A stretch of DNA of 64,000 bases from Alphaproteobacteria bacterium (GCA_965243135.1 OZ251539.1:960001-1024000), one strand, 5' to 3'; counted from the first letter of the stretch, positions 17,891 through 28,653 are shown. Notes: generated by a model from the sequence alone, not told the origin. A program made the numbers and translations.

Positions 17891-18266
17891 GTAGGCCGCC
17901 GCGCCCGTCAAGAAGCCGACGGTCGCGAGGCAGGGCGATGGTAGCGGCGTGATTCCACATTTTTTTCGCTGCGCTACTTTCTTCTCTGACTTTCGCTAAC
18001 CGATTCGGTTACTCGCTGGTCATGGCTGAGATTCCCGCGCCGGACTGGGAAGATTTTTCGCTCGAAGGAGTGGTTACGCAACGAAATGGCGCAAAAAACC
18101 GCCGTGGCCAAGCCGCAAGCATGTCCGGTTCCCCGGTTGGGACCAGCGCGGCGCGACGCACAGAAAATAGCGTGGGATCGCCCTGCTTCGGCGAACCGCG
18201 GCGGTTCCGCTAGGCCCGAAAACCCACTAGACTTCCGCCGCGTTCGACCGTGCGCGGGAGGAAGAG

Positions 18267-18818
18267 ATGGGAAAACTACCGCAAATGCAGCTCGCCCATG
18301 TGGGCATCTGGGTGCAGGACTTCGAGCGCATGAAGAATTTCTACATGCGCATGTTCGGCTTCGGGATCTCCGACGAGGGCCTGCTCAATGGCAACAGGTA
18401 CGCCTTCATGACCCGCGATCCGAGGGACCACCACCAGGTCATCGTCGCGGAGGGCCGCAAGCCGGAAACCGAACAGACCACCGTCAACCAGATTTCGTTC
18501 CGCTGCGAAAGCCTCGCCCAACTGCGGCAGGTGCACGAGGCGGTGACTTCGGACGAGGACGTGCAGCAGGTCTTCGTGACCGATCACGGCAACGCGTGGT
18601 CGGTGTATTTCTACGATCCCGAGGGCAATCGCCTCGAAGCGTTCATGGATACGCCCTGGTACATCAACCAGCCGCATCGCCACGATCTCGACCTGACCTT
18701 GTCCGACGAAGAGATCTTCGCCCGCTCCGAGGCCCATGCGAAGGCCGATCCGTCTTTCCGCGCGATCGAGGACTGGCGCGCGCAGTTCGCGGAGGAACTG
18801 GCCGCGTCCGCCGCGTGA
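18267..18818 (+). CDS. VOC/glyoxalase family protein
   Basis: [33 protein letters not shown]. Confidence 0.88.
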   Translation: MGKLPQMQLAHVGIWVQDFERMKNFYMRMFGFGISDEGLLNGNRYAFMTRDPRDHHQVIVAEGRKPETEQTTVNQISFRCESLAQLRQVHEAVTSDEDVQQVFVTDHGNAWSVYFYDPEGNRLEAFMDTPWYINQPHRHDLDLTLSDEEIFARSEAHAKADPSFRAIEDWRAQFAEELAASAA

Positions 18819-18825
18819 GGCGACG

Positions 18826-19998
18826 ATGATTCCCAACGCGTTGCCGACGCTCGACTTCGATCTCGGATCGACAGCGGATCTCCTTCGGGAATCGGTCCGT
18901 GCGTTCGCCGTGGAGGAAATCGCGCCTCTGGCGGCGGAAATCGACCGGTCCAACGACTTCCCGATGGAACTCTGGCCCCGGATGGGGAAGCTCGGGTTGC
19001 TGGGCGTCACGGTGGAGGAGGAGTACGGCGGTTCCGGCATGGGCTACCTTGAGCACGTCCTCGCGATGGAGGAGATCAGCCGCGCCTCCGCGTCGGTCGG
19101 CCTGTCCTACGGCGCGCATTCCAACCTGTGCGTCAACCAGATCCGCCGCAACGGAACCGAGGCGCAGAAACGGAAGTATCTGCCGGGGCTGATCTCGGGA
19201 GAGCGGGTCGGCGCTCTCGCGATGTCGGAGCCGGGCGCGGGATCGGACGTCGTCTCCATGAAGCTGAGGGCGGAGCGCTGCGGCGGCGGATACGCGCTCG
19301 ACGGCGCCAAGATGTGGATCACCAACGGCCCGGACGCCGACGTGATCGTCGTTTACGGCAAGACGTCGCCGAAAGCGGATTCGCGCGGGATCACGGCTTT
19401 CATCGTCGAAAGCGGGTTCGAAGGCTTTTCCGCCTCCCGGAAGCTCGACAAGCTCGGCATGCGCGGCTCGAACACCGGCGAGCTCGTGTTCGAAAACTGC
19501 TTCGTGCCCGAAGAAAACGTGCTCGGCGCCGTCGACGAGGGCGTGGCCGTGCTGATGAGCGGGCTCGATTACGAGCGCGCGGTGCTGTCCGGCGGACCGC
19601 TGGGCATCATGCAAGCCTGCATGGACGTGGTGATGCCCTACGTTCACGAGCGCGAGCAGTTCGGGCGCGCCATCGGCCAGTTCCAGTTGGTCCAGGGCAA
19701 GCTGGCCGACATGTATACGAAGATGAGCGCGTCCCGGGCGTACGTCTACGCGGTCGCGCAATCCTGCGATCGCGGGGGGCTGCCGCGCAAGGACGCCGCC
19801 GGCGCGATCCTGTATTCGGCGGAGCGCGCGACGGAGATGACGCTCGACGCGATCCAGCTGCTCGGCGGAAACGGCTACGTCAACGATTATCCGACCGGAC
19901 GGCTGCTGCGCGACGCGAAACTCTACGAGATCGGCGCCGGCACGTCCGAGATCCGCCGCATGCTGATCGGCCGCGAGTTATTCGCCGAAAGCGGTTGA
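18826..19998 (+). CDS. ivd: Isovaleryl-CoA dehydrogenase
   Basis: [49 protein letters not shown]. Confidence 0.95.
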   Translation: MIPNALPTLDFDLGSTADLLRESVRAFAVEEIAPLAAEIDRSNDFPMELWPRMGKLGLLGVTVEEEYGGSGMGYLEHVLAMEEISRASASVGLSYGAHSNLCVNQIRRNGTEAQKRKYLPGLISGERVGALAMSEPGAGSDVVSMKLRAERCGGGYALDGAKMWITNGPDADVIVVYGKTSPKADSRGITAFIVESGFEGFSASRKLDKLGMRGSNTGELVFENCFVPEENVLGAVDEGVAVLMSGLDYERAVLSGGPLGIMQACMDVVMPYVHEREQFGRAIGQFQLVQGKLADMYTKMSASRAYVYAVAQSCDRGGLPRKDAAGAILYSAERATEMTLDAIQLLGGNGYVNDYPTGRLLRDAKLYEIGAGTSEIRRMLIGRELFAESG

Positions 19999-20043
19999 TT
20001 TCGGGCGCTGTCGGCCCGTTCGCCGCGCCGGCTGGAGAATCGC

Positions 20044-21651
20044 ATGCCTCGCCTTCCCACTTTCATCGACCCGGCGTCCGCGGAGTTCAGGGCGAACGAG
20101 AAGGCGATGCGCGCGCTCGTCGCCGATCTGAGGGAGGCGACCGCGGCCGCCCGGCAGGGCGGCAGCGAAGCCGCGAGGTCGCGCCACGCCGCGCGCAACA
20201 AGATGCTGGCGCGCGACCGCATAGACGCGCTGCTCGACGCAGGAGCGCCGTTTCTGGAGCTGTCGCCGCTCGCCGCGCGCGGCGTTTACGAGGACGAGGT
20301 GCCGGCGGCCGGCATCGTCACCGGGATCGGCCGCGTTCAGGGGCGGGAATGCATGATCGTCGCCAACGACGCGACGGTCAAAGGCGGCACGTATTACCCG
20401 TTGACCGTGAAGAAGCACCTGCGCGCCCAGGAGATCGCCCGCGCCAACCGGCTTCCCTGCATCTACCTCGTGGACTCCGGCGGCGCCAACCTGCCGAACC
20501 AGGACGAGGTGTTTCCCGACCGGGATCATTTCGGGCGCATCTTCTACAATCAGGCGACGATGTCGGCGGCGGGCATCCCGCAGATCGCCGCGGTGATGGG
20601 CTCCTGCACGGCGGGCGGAGCCTACGTTCCCGCGATGTCGGACGAGAGCGTGATCGTCAAGGGGCAGGGCACGATCTTTCTCGGGGGGCCTCCGCTGGTG
20701 AAGGCGGCGACGGGAGAGGTCGTCACGGCGGAAGAGCTCGGCGGCGCGGAGGTTCACGCGCGCGCGTCCGGAGTCGCCGATCACATGGCGGAGGACGACG
20801 CGCACGCGCTCGCCATCGTGCGCCGCGCGGTGGCGAATCTGGCTCCCGCCTCGCCCGCATGGCCGGCGGTCCCCGGACCGGTCGATCCCGCATACGATCC
20901 CGAAGAGTTGAACGGCATCGTTTCGCCCGATCTGCGCACGCCTTTCGAGGCGAGGGAGGTGATCGCCCGCATCGTCGACGGTTCGGAATTCGACGAGTTC
21001 AAGGCCCTGTACGGAACGACGCTGGTTTGCGGATTCGCGCGCATACACGGCTGTCCGGTCGGAATCGTCGCCAACAACGGAATCCTGTTTTCCGAATCGG
21101 CCCTCAAGGGAGCGCATTTCGTCGAATTGTGCTGTCAGCGCCGGACCCCGCTGGTGTTCCTGCAGAACGTCACCGGATTCATGGTCGGCAGGAGATACGA
21201 GGCCGGCGGCATAGCGAGGGACGGCGCCAAGCTCGTGACGGCCGTCGCCTGCGCGCGGGTTCCGAAGCTCACGGTGATCGTCGGCGGCTCGTTCGGCGCG
21301 GGCAATTACGGCATGTGCGGCCGCGCCTACGATCCGCGGTTTCTGTTCATGTGGCCGAACGCCCGGATCTCGGTGATGGGAGGCGAGCAGGCGGCCAGCG
21401 TTCTCGCGACCGTCCGCCGCGACGGAATCGAGGCCGGGGGCGGAGAGTGGACGGACGAGGAGGAGGAGGCGTTTCGGGAGCCGATCCGCCGCAAGTACGA
21501 GACCGAAGGGCATCCGTATTATGCGACGGCGCGTCTCTGGGACGACGGCATCGTCGAGCCCGCGGAGACGCGCATGGCGCTTGCCTTGTGCCTTTCGGCG
21601 GCGCTGAACGCGCCGGTGGAGGAGACGAAGTTCGGCGTGTTCCGGATGTAG
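20044..21651 (+). CDS. mccB: 3-methylcrotonyl-CoA carboxylase, carboxyltransferase subunit
   Basis: [35 protein letters not shown]; follows ivd. Confidence 0.93.
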   Translation: MPRLPTFIDPASAEFRANEKAMRALVADLREATAAARQGGSEAARSRHAARNKMLARDRIDALLDAGAPFLELSPLAARGVYEDEVPAAGIVTGIGRVQGRECMIVANDATVKGGTYYPLTVKKHLRAQEIARANRLPCIYLVDSGGANLPNQDEVFPDRDHFGRIFYNQATMSAAGIPQIAAVMGSCTAGGAYVPAMSDESVIVKGQGTIFLGGPPLVKAATGEVVTAEELGGAEVHARASGVADHMAEDDAHALAIVRRAVANLAPASPAWPAVPGPVDPAYDPEELNGIVSPDLRTPFEAREVIARIVDGSEFDEFKALYGTTLVCGFARIHGCPVGIVANNGILFSESALKGAHFVELCCQRRTPLVFLQNVTGFMVGRRYEAGGIARDGAKLVTAVACARVPKLTVIVGGSFGAGNYGMCGRAYDPRFLFMWPNARISVMGGEQAASVLATVRRDGIEAGGGEWTDEEEEAFREPIRRKYETEGHPYYATARLWDDGIVEPAETRMALALCLSAALNAPVEETKFGVFRM

Positions 21652-21849
21652 CGCGCGGCTCCCGCGCATGGCGTTTCTTCGCGCGTTTCCAGGGCGCATC
21701 GCCCGGCCGTTCGGCGCGTTTCCGCCCCGATAAGTTCGTGCGGCGGCGCGACCGAACCCGGCGTTGCGCCTCCGCCGCCGTTTCGGCAGTCTCCCGCCGG
21801 GCGGCGGGCGACGGCAAGCCGCCGGCGGCGTGATTTTCGGGCTTCGTTC

Positions 21850-23811
21850 ATGTTCGACAAGATCCTCGTTGCGAACCGGGGCGAGATCGCCTGCCGGGTG
21901 CTGCGGACTTGCCGCGCTCTGGGCGTGCGGACCGTCGCCGTCTACTCTTCCGCCGACCGTCGCGCGCTGCACGTCGAACTGGCGGACGAAGCCGTCAGGA
22001 TCGGCGCCGCGCCGCCGTCGGCAAGTTATCTGAACGGAGAGGCCGTCGTCGATGCCGCCCGCCGCGCGGGAGCGCAGGCCGTTCATCCCGGTTTCGGCTT
22101 TCTTGCGGAGAACGCGGAATTCGCGGCCGCTTGCGCCCGGGCCGGAATCGCGTTCGTCGGCCCGTCGCCCGATTCGATCCGGGCCATGGGTTCGAAGTCG
22201 GCCGCCAAGCGAATCATGGCCGCGGCCGGAGTGCCGGTTCTGGATGGCGATCCCGCCGCGGCGCAGGACGACGGATCGCTGGCCGCCGCGGCCGCGGCGG
22301 TCGGATATCCCGTGATGGTGAAACCAGCGTTCGGCGGCGGCGGTCGCGGCATGCGGATCGTGGAAGCGGAGTCGGACCTTCCCGGCGCGCTCGCCGCGGC
22401 GCGCCGGGAGGCGGCTTCCTCGTTCGGGGACGACGCCCTGCTGATCGAGAAATACCTTCGGCGCGCGCGCCACGTGGAGATGCAGATATTCGGGGACCGG
22501 TACGGAAACGTCGTTCATCTCGGAGAGCGCGACTGTTCCGTGCAGCGCCGCCACCAGAAGGTCGTCGAGGAAGCGCCGGCGCCGGGCCTCGGCGCCGGCC
22601 TTCGCCGGCGGCTGGGCGACGCCGCGACGGCGGCCGCCAGGGCGGTCGACTACGCAGGAGCCGGGACCGTGGAGTTCCTGGTCGACGCCGACGGCGGCCA
22701 CTGGTTTCTGGAGATGAACACCCGCATTCAGGTCGAGCACCCGGTGACCGAAATGATCACGGGGATCGACATCGTGGAGTGGCAGCTGCGCGTCGCCGCG
22801 GGCGAGCCGCTTCCGCTTCGGCAGGAGCAGGTGAGATTTTCGGGCCATGCGATAGAGGCGCGCCTCTACGCGGAAGATCCCGCCGACGGATTTCGACCGG
22901 GGACCGGCCGGATCGCGCATCTGTCGCTGCCGGACGGAGAGCCGGGCGTGCGGATCGATACCGGCGTCCGCGAAGGAGACGAGATCACCGCGCATTACGA
23001 CCCGATGATCGCCAAGATCGTCGCCCATGGACCCGATCGGGAGGTCGCGGCCGGGCGCTTGTCGTCGGCCTTGTCGTCCGTTCGGGTGGCGGGGCCCGTC
23101 ACCAACGAGGCGTTTGTCGGAGCGATCGTGGATCATCCGGAATTCCGGTCCGGTCCGCCGGATACCGGATTTATCGCGCGGCATCTCGACGCCCTCCGCG
23201 GTTCCGCCGGTGCCGTCGACGACGACGTCTTCGCTCTCGCGGCGTTGGCCGAGCTGCGCCGACCGTCGGGCGGCGGCGAACGTTCTCCTTGGGCGGATAC
23301 GCGAGGCTGGCGGCTCGGCGGCGCTTTTCGGCGCCGGATAGCGCTTGCGTCGGGCGATGCGCGGCGCGAATACGCCCTGCGCGGCGACGGCGGGTTCGAG
23401 CGCGGCGGCGAGCTTCTCTCAGTTGTCGGGGATTGGCGTTCGGATACCGAATTCAGCGCGGTAGTGTCCGGCCGACGGCTCGATGCCGTCGTGATTCGAA
23501 ACGGCGCGGAGATCACGGTCTTCGCGAACGGGCGTCGCCACGCGCTTCTGGTGGACGATCCTCTTCTGGTCCGCCGCGGCGGGGTTGCGGACGGCGGGAC
23601 GCTTTTTGCGCGCTTGCCGGGGGTGGTCGCGGCGGTTTTCGTCCGTCCCGGCCAGGAGGTCGCCGCGGGCGCGCCGTTGCTGGTCGTCGAGGCGATGAAG
23701 GTGGAGCACACGATTCGCGCCCCTGCGGACGGCACGGTCACGGCGGTGCGTTTCGCGGCCGGCGATTCCGTGACCGAAGGCGCGGAACTGGTCGGCTTCG
23801 ATTCGACCTGA
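21850..23811 (+). CDS. mccA: 3-methylcrotonyl-CoA carboxylase, biotin carboxylase/biotin-carrier subunit
   Basis: MFDKILVANRGEIA, ERDCSVQRRHQK, EMNTRIQVEHPVTE, EAMKVE biotin site. Confidence 0.9.
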   Translation: MFDKILVANRGEIACRVLRTCRALGVRTVAVYSSADRRALHVELADEAVRIGAAPPSASYLNGEAVVDAARRAGAQAVHPGFGFLAENAEFAAACARAGIAFVGPSPDSIRAMGSKSAAKRIMAAAGVPVLDGDPAAAQDDGSLAAAAAAVGYPVMVKPAFGGGGRGMRIVEAESDLPGALAAARREAASSFGDDALLIEKYLRRARHVEMQIFGDRYGNVVHLGERDCSVQRRHQKVVEEAPAPGLGAGLRRRLGDAATAAARAVDYAGAGTVEFLVDADGGHWFLEMNTRIQVEHPVTEMITGIDIVEWQLRVAAGEPLPLRQEQVRFSGHAIEARLYAEDPADGFRPGTGRIAHLSLPDGEPGVRIDTGVREGDEITAHYDPMIAKIVAHGPDREVAAGRLSSALSSVRVAGPVTNEAFVGAIVDHPEFRSGPPDTGFIARHLDALRGSAGAVDDDVFALAALAELRRPSGGGERSPWADTRGWRLGGAFRRRIALASGDARREYALRGDGGFERGGELLSVVGDWRSDTEFSAVVSGRRLDAVVIRNGAEITVFANGRRHALLVDDPLLVRRGGVADGGTLFARLPGVVAAVFVRPGQEVAAGAPLLVVEAMKVEHTIRAPADGTVTAVRFAAGDSVTEGAELVGFDST

Positions 23812-23871
23812 CGTTTCTCCGCCTTTCCTCGACCGCCCGAGGGCCGTCTCGGCGACAGAGAAGGCGCGGCT

Positions 23872-24861
23872 TCAGAGGCCGGTCCGGCGGAGGATCTCGC
23901 GGGCGATCGTCTCGGCGTCGTTCAGCGGTCGGTAGCGCCAGCCGATCGGGTCGGCGTCGGCGCACGCGGCCGTCAGGGGCCGCGCGCAACCTCGGGCGTA
24001 AAGCCGTTCGTGCAGAAGTCGATGCTTGGCGGCGGTGGCGCCGTCCGGGGCGAATATATATACGGGACGGCCGGTAGCGCAGGCTTCGGTGCACATCGAC
24101 GTGGAATCGCCGGTTACGATCAGTATGTCGCTCAGCGCAAGGTAGGCCAGATAGGGGTTGTTCTCTTCGGTTCCCCGCCAGAGATGGCATTCGGTCCCAT
24201 TCCCGACGGCGGCCATCAGCGCTTCGCTCGCGGCGGCGCCGGTGCGCCGGCTCGTGGAAATCATCAGGGATCCACCGACCTTGCGGGCGAGGTCCGACGC
24301 CTGGCGGCCCAGTTCGCGGGCGAGAGCGGGCGTGAATCCGTGATGCCGCGTATCTCCCCCCACCAGCGCGGCGATGCGCGGCGGCGATACGCCGGCGAGG
24401 CGGTCGCGCCAGGCTTCGCGCGCGGCGGCGAGCCGTTGCGGAGTGACGTGATTCGGCGCGCCGACCGTGCGAAGCAAATTGGGGCGCGGCCGTATCCGAT
24501 CGTGAGCCGGCGTCGCGATCAAATTCAGGTCGGCGGCAGGGGCCCCCGGCCACATCAGCTGGACCAGGAACGCGCGTTCTCCGGAACGCCGTTTGATCGT
24601 CCGGGCCACCGGAACCGTGCGCCTCCCGGCGGCAATCACGATGTCCGGCCAGGGCGGCGCGACCGCCGCCGCGCTTTCCTTTTTCAAATGGGCCAGCGTT
24701 CGCCCGAGAAGAAGGTTCGGGAGGCGCGCTCTACGGTTGTAAGCGAGTCGCTTGGTTCGGTAAGGAACGTCCAGCGCTTCCGCGACTCCCAGGCATTGGT
24801 GGACATTGCCGATCCGTTCGTCGGCCAAGATCCAGACCTTGTCGCTGGGTTCACGCGCCAT
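23872..24861 (-). CDS. ELM1/GtrOC1-family (mitochondrial fission ELM1-like) protein
   Basis: QCLGVAEAL, PPWPDIVIAAGRR, PAHD, STSRRT, NPYLAYLA..VTGDSTSMCTEACATGRPV. Confidence 0.88.
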   Translation of the reverse strand: MAREPSDKVWILADERIGNVHQCLGVAEALDVPYRTKRLAYNRRARLPNLLLGRTLAHLKKESAAAVAPPWPDIVIAAGRRTVPVARTIKRRSGERAFLVQLMWPGAPAADLNLIATPAHDRIRPRPNLLRTVGAPNHVTPQRLAAAREAWRDRLAGVSPPRIAALVGGDTRHHGFTPALARELGRQASDLARKVGGSLMISTSRRTGAAASEALMAAVGNGTECHLWRGTEENNPYLAYLALSDILIVTGDSTSMCTEACATGRPVYIFAPDGATAAKHRLLHERLYARGCARPLTAACADADPIGWRYRPLNDAETIAREILRRTGL

Positions 24862-25137
24862 GTCGCGTCGTCGCGCAAGCGGTGCGCCGCAGGCGGTCCC
24901 GCATGGGTTTCGCCGGACCGCCGTTCATTTCGCCGGCCGCGTCCACCCCGGAGGACGGTTCGGCGGGGAGTTCTTGCGTGAATTCGGCGCGCGACATGGC
25001 GAACGTCGTCGCGCCGTCCGGGGCGACAGTCCTGAATCTCGCCGTCAAGCGCCCCGGAACTTGCGTTCGGAACCGCCGGCCCCCGGTGCCGGTTTTATCC
25101 TGTTTAACGGCGATATTTTTCCGGGCGGGTCCGGTCA

Positions 25138-25458
25138 CTAGACCGCGCCGGGCGAACAGGGCCGGGGATCCGTCGGAGCGATCCCGCGCAGCGATTCCGG
25201 AAGCAGCTCGAGACGGAAACGCCGCCGGTCCAGCCGCGGCAGCGCGGCGAGAAAGTCGGCCGGGCCGTGGCGCGGAACTCGCAAAGCCAACTGCTGCGCG
25301 ATGTCCCCGAAATCGACCGGCGGCGATTGCTCCAGCACGGCCCGCAATCTCTCGACGCAGCTATGGTCGCCCGCAACCGTCCCGGCTTCGTCGTCCCGGA
25401 CGATCTCGCGCAACTCGTCGCCGTAACGGGCGTCTGCGAATTCGATGCGGTGAATCAT
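25138..25458 (-). CDS. Small hypothetical protein coupled to the upstream pseudogene
   Basis: MIHRIEFADARYGDELREIVRDDEAGTVAGDH...; its ATG overlaps the upstream TGA (ATGA). Confidence 0.45.
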   Translation of the reverse strand: MIHRIEFADARYGDELREIVRDDEAGTVAGDHSCVERLRAVLEQSPPVDFGDIAQQLALRVPRHGPADFLAALPRLDRRRFRLELLPESLRGIAPTDPRPCSPGAV

Positions 25459-25890
25459 GGGTCGAAGTGTAGCAGAAGGCCGAGCGCGAGGCGCACGAGG
25501 TCCAGCGTCTCCGGGTCGTCTTTTGGAGGCTCGGGACCGTCGGTTTATCGTAGATCGAGTGGAACGCGGTCTGCAACGCCCGCGTGGCGATCTCCCGCGC
25601 CCCGTTCTGCGCTCCCGCCCGAAATAGTTGTCGATGTACTTGTCGGGCCGGCCCATTGTCCCGGCGTAGCTCCCTCCGCCGCGGGGTCCGCGGCGGCGCG
25701 GCGCCTGTGGAGTTTCTGGAACAACGCGTCGAAGCCCGGCATCGCGTCCTGCGGGCGCGTATTCGTGCAGCCGGTTCGCCGGATCCGCGGACGCGAACGC
25801 GCAGTCCTCTCCCGCCCCTCGCTCGCTCGCGGCCGTTCCGGACGTTCTGACGACGTCCTTCACGTCCGGCAAGTGTAGACGGTGCTCATC
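25455..25890 (-). pseudogene. Frameshifted fragment of a phage-like (possible MuF C-terminal) protein
   Basis: Protein-like pieces in alternating frames: LHEYA / QDAMPGFDALFQKLHRRR / GRPDKYIDNYFGRE / EIATRALQTAF / DDPETLDLVRLALGLLLHFDP; family assignment from memory only. Confidence 0.4.
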
Positions 25891-26191
25891 TTCGTTGTCG
25901 GCCGTCGGCGAAGCGCAGCGACGCGAACCCGTTTGCCCGCTCGACCCGCGAGACTGGCGGGCCCGCCGCTTTCTCGCGCATGAGACTCGCGACTGCCTTG
26001 TCGCCCGTCGCGACGCGAAACGCCGGGCGTCGGCCTGGGAGTGCGCCCAAGCCGCCTTTGCCGCGGTCCGAAGGTTGTGAAGCGGCTGCGGGAAATTGTT
26101 CCGTGGGATGCGCCCGACGGGCTCTCTGCTATAAATGACGCAAATGCGGCCGAACCCAATTCGTCCGGGATCCGGCAGGAAGGAAGACGAT

Positions 26192-27313
26192 ATGGGCAAG
26201 ATCAGGGTAGCGATCGCCGGAGTCGGGAATTGCGCGAGCGCGCTGGTGCAGGGAATCGAATACTACCGCAGCCGGACCGCCGACCCCGGGCTCATGCATC
26301 TGGATATCGGAGGGTGGAAACCTTCGGATCTGGAAATCGTGGCCGCGTTCGACGTCGATCGCCGCAAGGTGGGTTGCCCGCTCGAGGAAGCGGTGTTCGC
26401 GAAACCGAACTGCGCGCGGATCTTCCAGCCTGTCCTGCCGGCCAGCGGCGTCAGGGTTCTCATGGGACCGGTGCTGGACGGGGTGGCGGATCACATGGCG
26501 GATCACCACGAGGACGAGGCGTTCCGCCTCGCGGACGAAACGCCCGTGGACGTTGCGGCCGTTCTCGCCGAAGCCGGAGCCGAAGTGTTCGTGTGCTATC
26601 TGCCGGTCGGCGCCGAGAAGGCGGCCGGCAGTTACGCGGAAGCCTGTCTGGACGCCGGCGTCGCCATGGTGAACTGCGTGCCCGTGTTCATCGCGTCGAA
26701 CGCCGGCTGGGCCGCCAGGTTCCGGGAGGCGGGAATCCCCATCATCGGCGACGACATCAAGAGCCAGATCGGGGCGACGATCGTTCACCGAACGCTCGGC
26801 CGCCTGTTCGCCGACCGCGGCGTCAGGCTGGACAGGACGTATCAACTCAATACCGGCGGCAACACGGATTTCCTCAACATGCTGGAACGCGACCGCCTCT
26901 GCTCGAAAAAGGTATCGAAGACCGAAGCCGTCCAGAGTCAGCTCGGCCGGCGGCTGGACGGCCGCGACATTCACATCGGCCCGTCCGACTACATCCCGTG
27001 GCAGGACGACAACAAGGTGGCGTTCATCCGCATGGAAGGGCACGGATTCGGCGGCATTCCGCTCGAACTCGAGCTGCGCCTGTCGGTCCAGGATTCTCCC
27101 AACAGCGCCGGCGTCGTCGTCGATGCCGTGCGCTGCGCCAGACTCGGGCTCGAAAGGGGGCTCGCCGGTCCTCTCGAGGCGCCGAGCGCGTATTTCATGA
27201 AGAGTCCGCCGCGACAGTTCCGGGACGAGGTCGCCCGCGCCGAACTTGAAGATTTCCTCGGAGGGAAGGGCGCGGCGGCGGGCGAGGATCCGGCGGTTAC
27301 GGCGCGAGGGTGA
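26192..27313 (+). CDS. ino1: Myo-inositol-1-phosphate synthase
   Basis: GVGNCASALVQG, GDDIKSQIGAT, QLNTGGNTDFLNM, SKKVSKT, DSPNSAGV. Confidence 0.95.
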   Translation: MGKIRVAIAGVGNCASALVQGIEYYRSRTADPGLMHLDIGGWKPSDLEIVAAFDVDRRKVGCPLEEAVFAKPNCARIFQPVLPASGVRVLMGPVLDGVADHMADHHEDEAFRLADETPVDVAAVLAEAGAEVFVCYLPVGAEKAAGSYAEACLDAGVAMVNCVPVFIASNAGWAARFREAGIPIIGDDIKSQIGATIVHRTLGRLFADRGVRLDRTYQLNTGGNTDFLNMLERDRLCSKKVSKTEAVQSQLGRRLDGRDIHIGPSDYIPWQDDNKVAFIRMEGHGFGGIPLELELRLSVQDSPNSAGVVVDAVRCARLGLERGLAGPLEAPSAYFMKSPPRQFRDEVARAELEDFLGGKGAAAGEDPAVTARG

Positions 27314-27492
27314 AGGGCGCCGGTCGGCGGCGCGGGTCTCCGGTTCCGGCGTCGTCGCGTCGCGAAGCCGCGGCGACCGAATCGGCGTTTTTTTTCCATC
27401 CAATCTGCCGCGATTGTGGATCGAATCCGGGAAACTGCGTAATAACAATGCGTTATGGACGTAAATTTTTTTCGAAAATGGGTTGCAATCGG

Positions 27493-27507
27493 GAACAAAT
27501 AATGTAC
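27493..27507 (+). promoter_or_regulatory. Alphaproteobacterial LexA (SOS) box in the recA promoter
   Basis: GAAC-aaataat-GTAC (GAAC-N7-GTAC) just after a TTGCAA -35-like hexamer. Confidence 0.75.
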
Positions 27508-27558
27508 ATTTATGGTGGTTGGCGTTGATAGGCGCTATCGAACACGGAGGATGATGAT

Positions 27559-28653
27559 ATGGTCGGGCTCAAGGTGATCGGAAAGGATCGGATGGACAAA
27601 TCCGCTAGCGACAGGTCGAAAGCGCTCGAGGCGGCGCTGAGCCAGATCGAACGGGCCCACGGCAAGGGTTCGATCATGAAATTGGGAACCGCGGCCGCGA
27701 ACGCCGACATCGAAGCGATTCCGACGGGCTCCATCGGCCTCGACATCGCGCTGGGGATCGGCGGCGTGCCGCGCGGCCGCGTCACCGAAATCTACGGCCC
27801 GGAAAGCTCCGGCAAGACGACCCTGGCCCTTCACGTCATCGCGGAGGCGCAGAAGAAGGGCGGCGCCTGCGCGTTCATCGACGCCGAGCACGCGCTGGAT
27901 CCGGTCTATGCGCGAAAGCTCGACGTCAACGTGGAAGAACTGCTGATTTCCCAGCCGGACGCCGGCGAGCAGGCGCTCGAGATCGCCGACACGCTCGTGC
28001 GGTCGGGCGCGATCGACGTCATCGTCATCGATTCCGTCGCCGCCCTCGTGCCGCGGGCCGAGCTCGAAGGCGAGATGGGCGACAGCCACGTCGGCCTTCA
28101 GGCGCGGCTCATGAGTCAGGCGCTGCGCAAGCTGACGGGGTCGATCAGCAGGTCGCAGTGCCTGATCGTCTTCATCAACCAGATCCGCATGAAGATCGGC
28201 GTGATGTTCGGCAGCCCCGAAACCACTACCGGCGGCAACGCGCTCAAGTTCTACTCGTCGGTCCGCCTCGACATCCGCCGCATCGGCTCCATCAAGGACC
28301 GCGACGAAGTCGTCGGCAACCAGACCCGGGTGAAAGTCGTGAAGAACAAGGTGGCGCCGCCGTTCAAGACCATCGAGTTCGACATCATGTACGGCGAAGG
28401 CATTTCCCGGATGGGAGAACTGGTCGATCTCGGCGTCAAGGCGGGACTCGTCGAGAAGTCCGGGTCGTGGTTTTCCTACGCGGATCAGCGGATCGGACAA
28501 GGCCGCGAGAACGCCAAGGCGTTTCTCCGCGAGAATCAGGACCTGGCCGACCGGCTGAGCCGGGAGATCCTCGAGCACGCGGGCGTCCTGTCGGAGGCGG
28601 CGATGAGCGCCGATCCTCCGGGACGCGCCGAGGAGGAAGACGAAGTTCTCTGA
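27559..28653 (+). CDS. recA: Recombinase RecA
   Basis: [51 protein letters not shown]. Confidence 0.98.
   Translation: MVGLKVIGKDRMDKSASDRSKALEAALSQIERAHGKGSIMKLGTAAANADIEAIPTGSIGLDIALGIGGVPRGRVTEIYGPESSGKTTLALHVIAEAQKKGGACAFIDAEHALDPVYARKLDVNVEELLISQPDAGEQALEIADTLVRSGAIDVIVIDSVAALVPRAELEGEMGDSHVGLQARLMSQALRKLTGSISRSQCLIVFINQIRMKIGVMFGSPETTTGGNALKFYSSVRLDIRRIGSIKDRDEVVGNQTRVKVVKNKVAPPFKTIEFDIMYGEGISRMGELVDLGVKAGLVEKSGSWFSYADQRIGQGRENAKAFLRENQDLADRLSREILEHAGVLSEAAMSADPPGRAEEEDEVL

Noticed and set aside
21652-21849. Structured ncRNA or riboswitch in GC-rich intergenic gaps (also 48860-49180, 59670-59800)
   Set aside because: Short GC palindromes are expected by composition; no recognisable family motif
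19978-23184. 1068-aa minus ORF and similar long antisense ORFs (27535-30147, 41107-43845, 44158-46596)
   Set aside because: Antisense to well-supported genes; stop-codon scarcity at high GC explains their length
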